Below, one piece after another: positions 47,425 to 47,678 of a DNA stretch of 47,678 nt. The notes under the pieces are model-generated. The model made no database searches, was not told where the DNA came from, and was given only the letters and a program-made list of their open reading frames with translations. Source of the DNA: Phoronis australis (lineage: Eukaryota; Animalia; Phoronida); the NCBI GenBank assembly GCA_002633005.1, contig NMRA01000824.1:1-47678 (forward strand), written 5' to 3'. The position numbers were made by a program, and so were the translations under genes. Within the stretch, counting starts at the first letter, position 1. Each line of letters begins with the position of its first letter.

Positions 47425-47678
47425 TTAATTGTAATTGTTTATGTTTACATGGCCAACTACATTTCTCCAAGTAATCAAAAACTGATCAACAACTGATCTG
47501 CATTTCTTTGTCTCCTGCCTGCCGAACGCAAACACGCTAGGCACAGCACCTGACTTTAGTCTCAGTCTCTTTTTCTGCCCTGGCATGAGCTGTTTGGTAA
47601 GCCAGCATTTGTCAGCGAAATCACTGTCGACAAAATGCCGGCCACAGACACGGAGATGTTTCACACCCTCATACATGG
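47425..47678 (-). pseudogene. THAP zinc-finger domain fragment (N-terminus of a transposase), truncated downstream
   Basis: LRVCGRHF (last C and H of the C2CH finger) and RLRLKSGAVPSVF (AVPTIF box). The frame stops ~35 codons later with no DDE core; the domain start is outside the window. Confidence 0.8.

Larger units (their letters stand above)
46171..47678. mobile_element. Kolobok-type DNA transposon remnant (continues past the window end)
   Basis: TTAA|AGGAGAATGCCATCC terminus at 46167-46185, CpG-richer interior, and convergent KolX-like (+) and THAP (-) coding remnants. Confidence 0.62.

Overview
AT-rich, intron-containing animal genomic DNA, probably from a marine invertebrate; the species cannot be determined from sequence alone. 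Two protein-coding genes lie tail to tail. On the + strand are the last three coding exons of SNF8/VPS22 (ESCRT-II; 792-933, 2220-2294, 3656-3757). On the - strand is an MRL-family adaptor (RIAM/APBB1IP, Lamellipodin/RAPH1, Pico, MIG-10 type) that I assembled by hand into 11 phase-compatible GT-AG coding exons (33365 to 7800; 2880 nt, 959 aa). It has two talin-binding-like helices, a coiled coil, RA and PH domains and a Pro-rich tail. Two opposing poly(A) hexamers sit symmetrically about a palindrome at 5803-5838, between the genes. The introns and intergenic DNA carry many non-autonomous DNA transposons (Harbinger-type MITEs with one nested pair, a 435-bp palindrome with a 5-bp TSD, a foldback-like element, a Helentron-like element) and several minisatellites. 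A ~0.9-kb duplication joined by a single N is probably an assembly artefact. The right end holds a decayed Kolobok-type transposon with convergent KolX/P2X7-ballast-like and THAP remnants. I found no strong evidence for a wholly new multi-gene system. The best leads are the symmetric bidirectional poly(A) element, the Kolobok relic and the unclassified palindromic elements. All calls are by eye, with no database searches.
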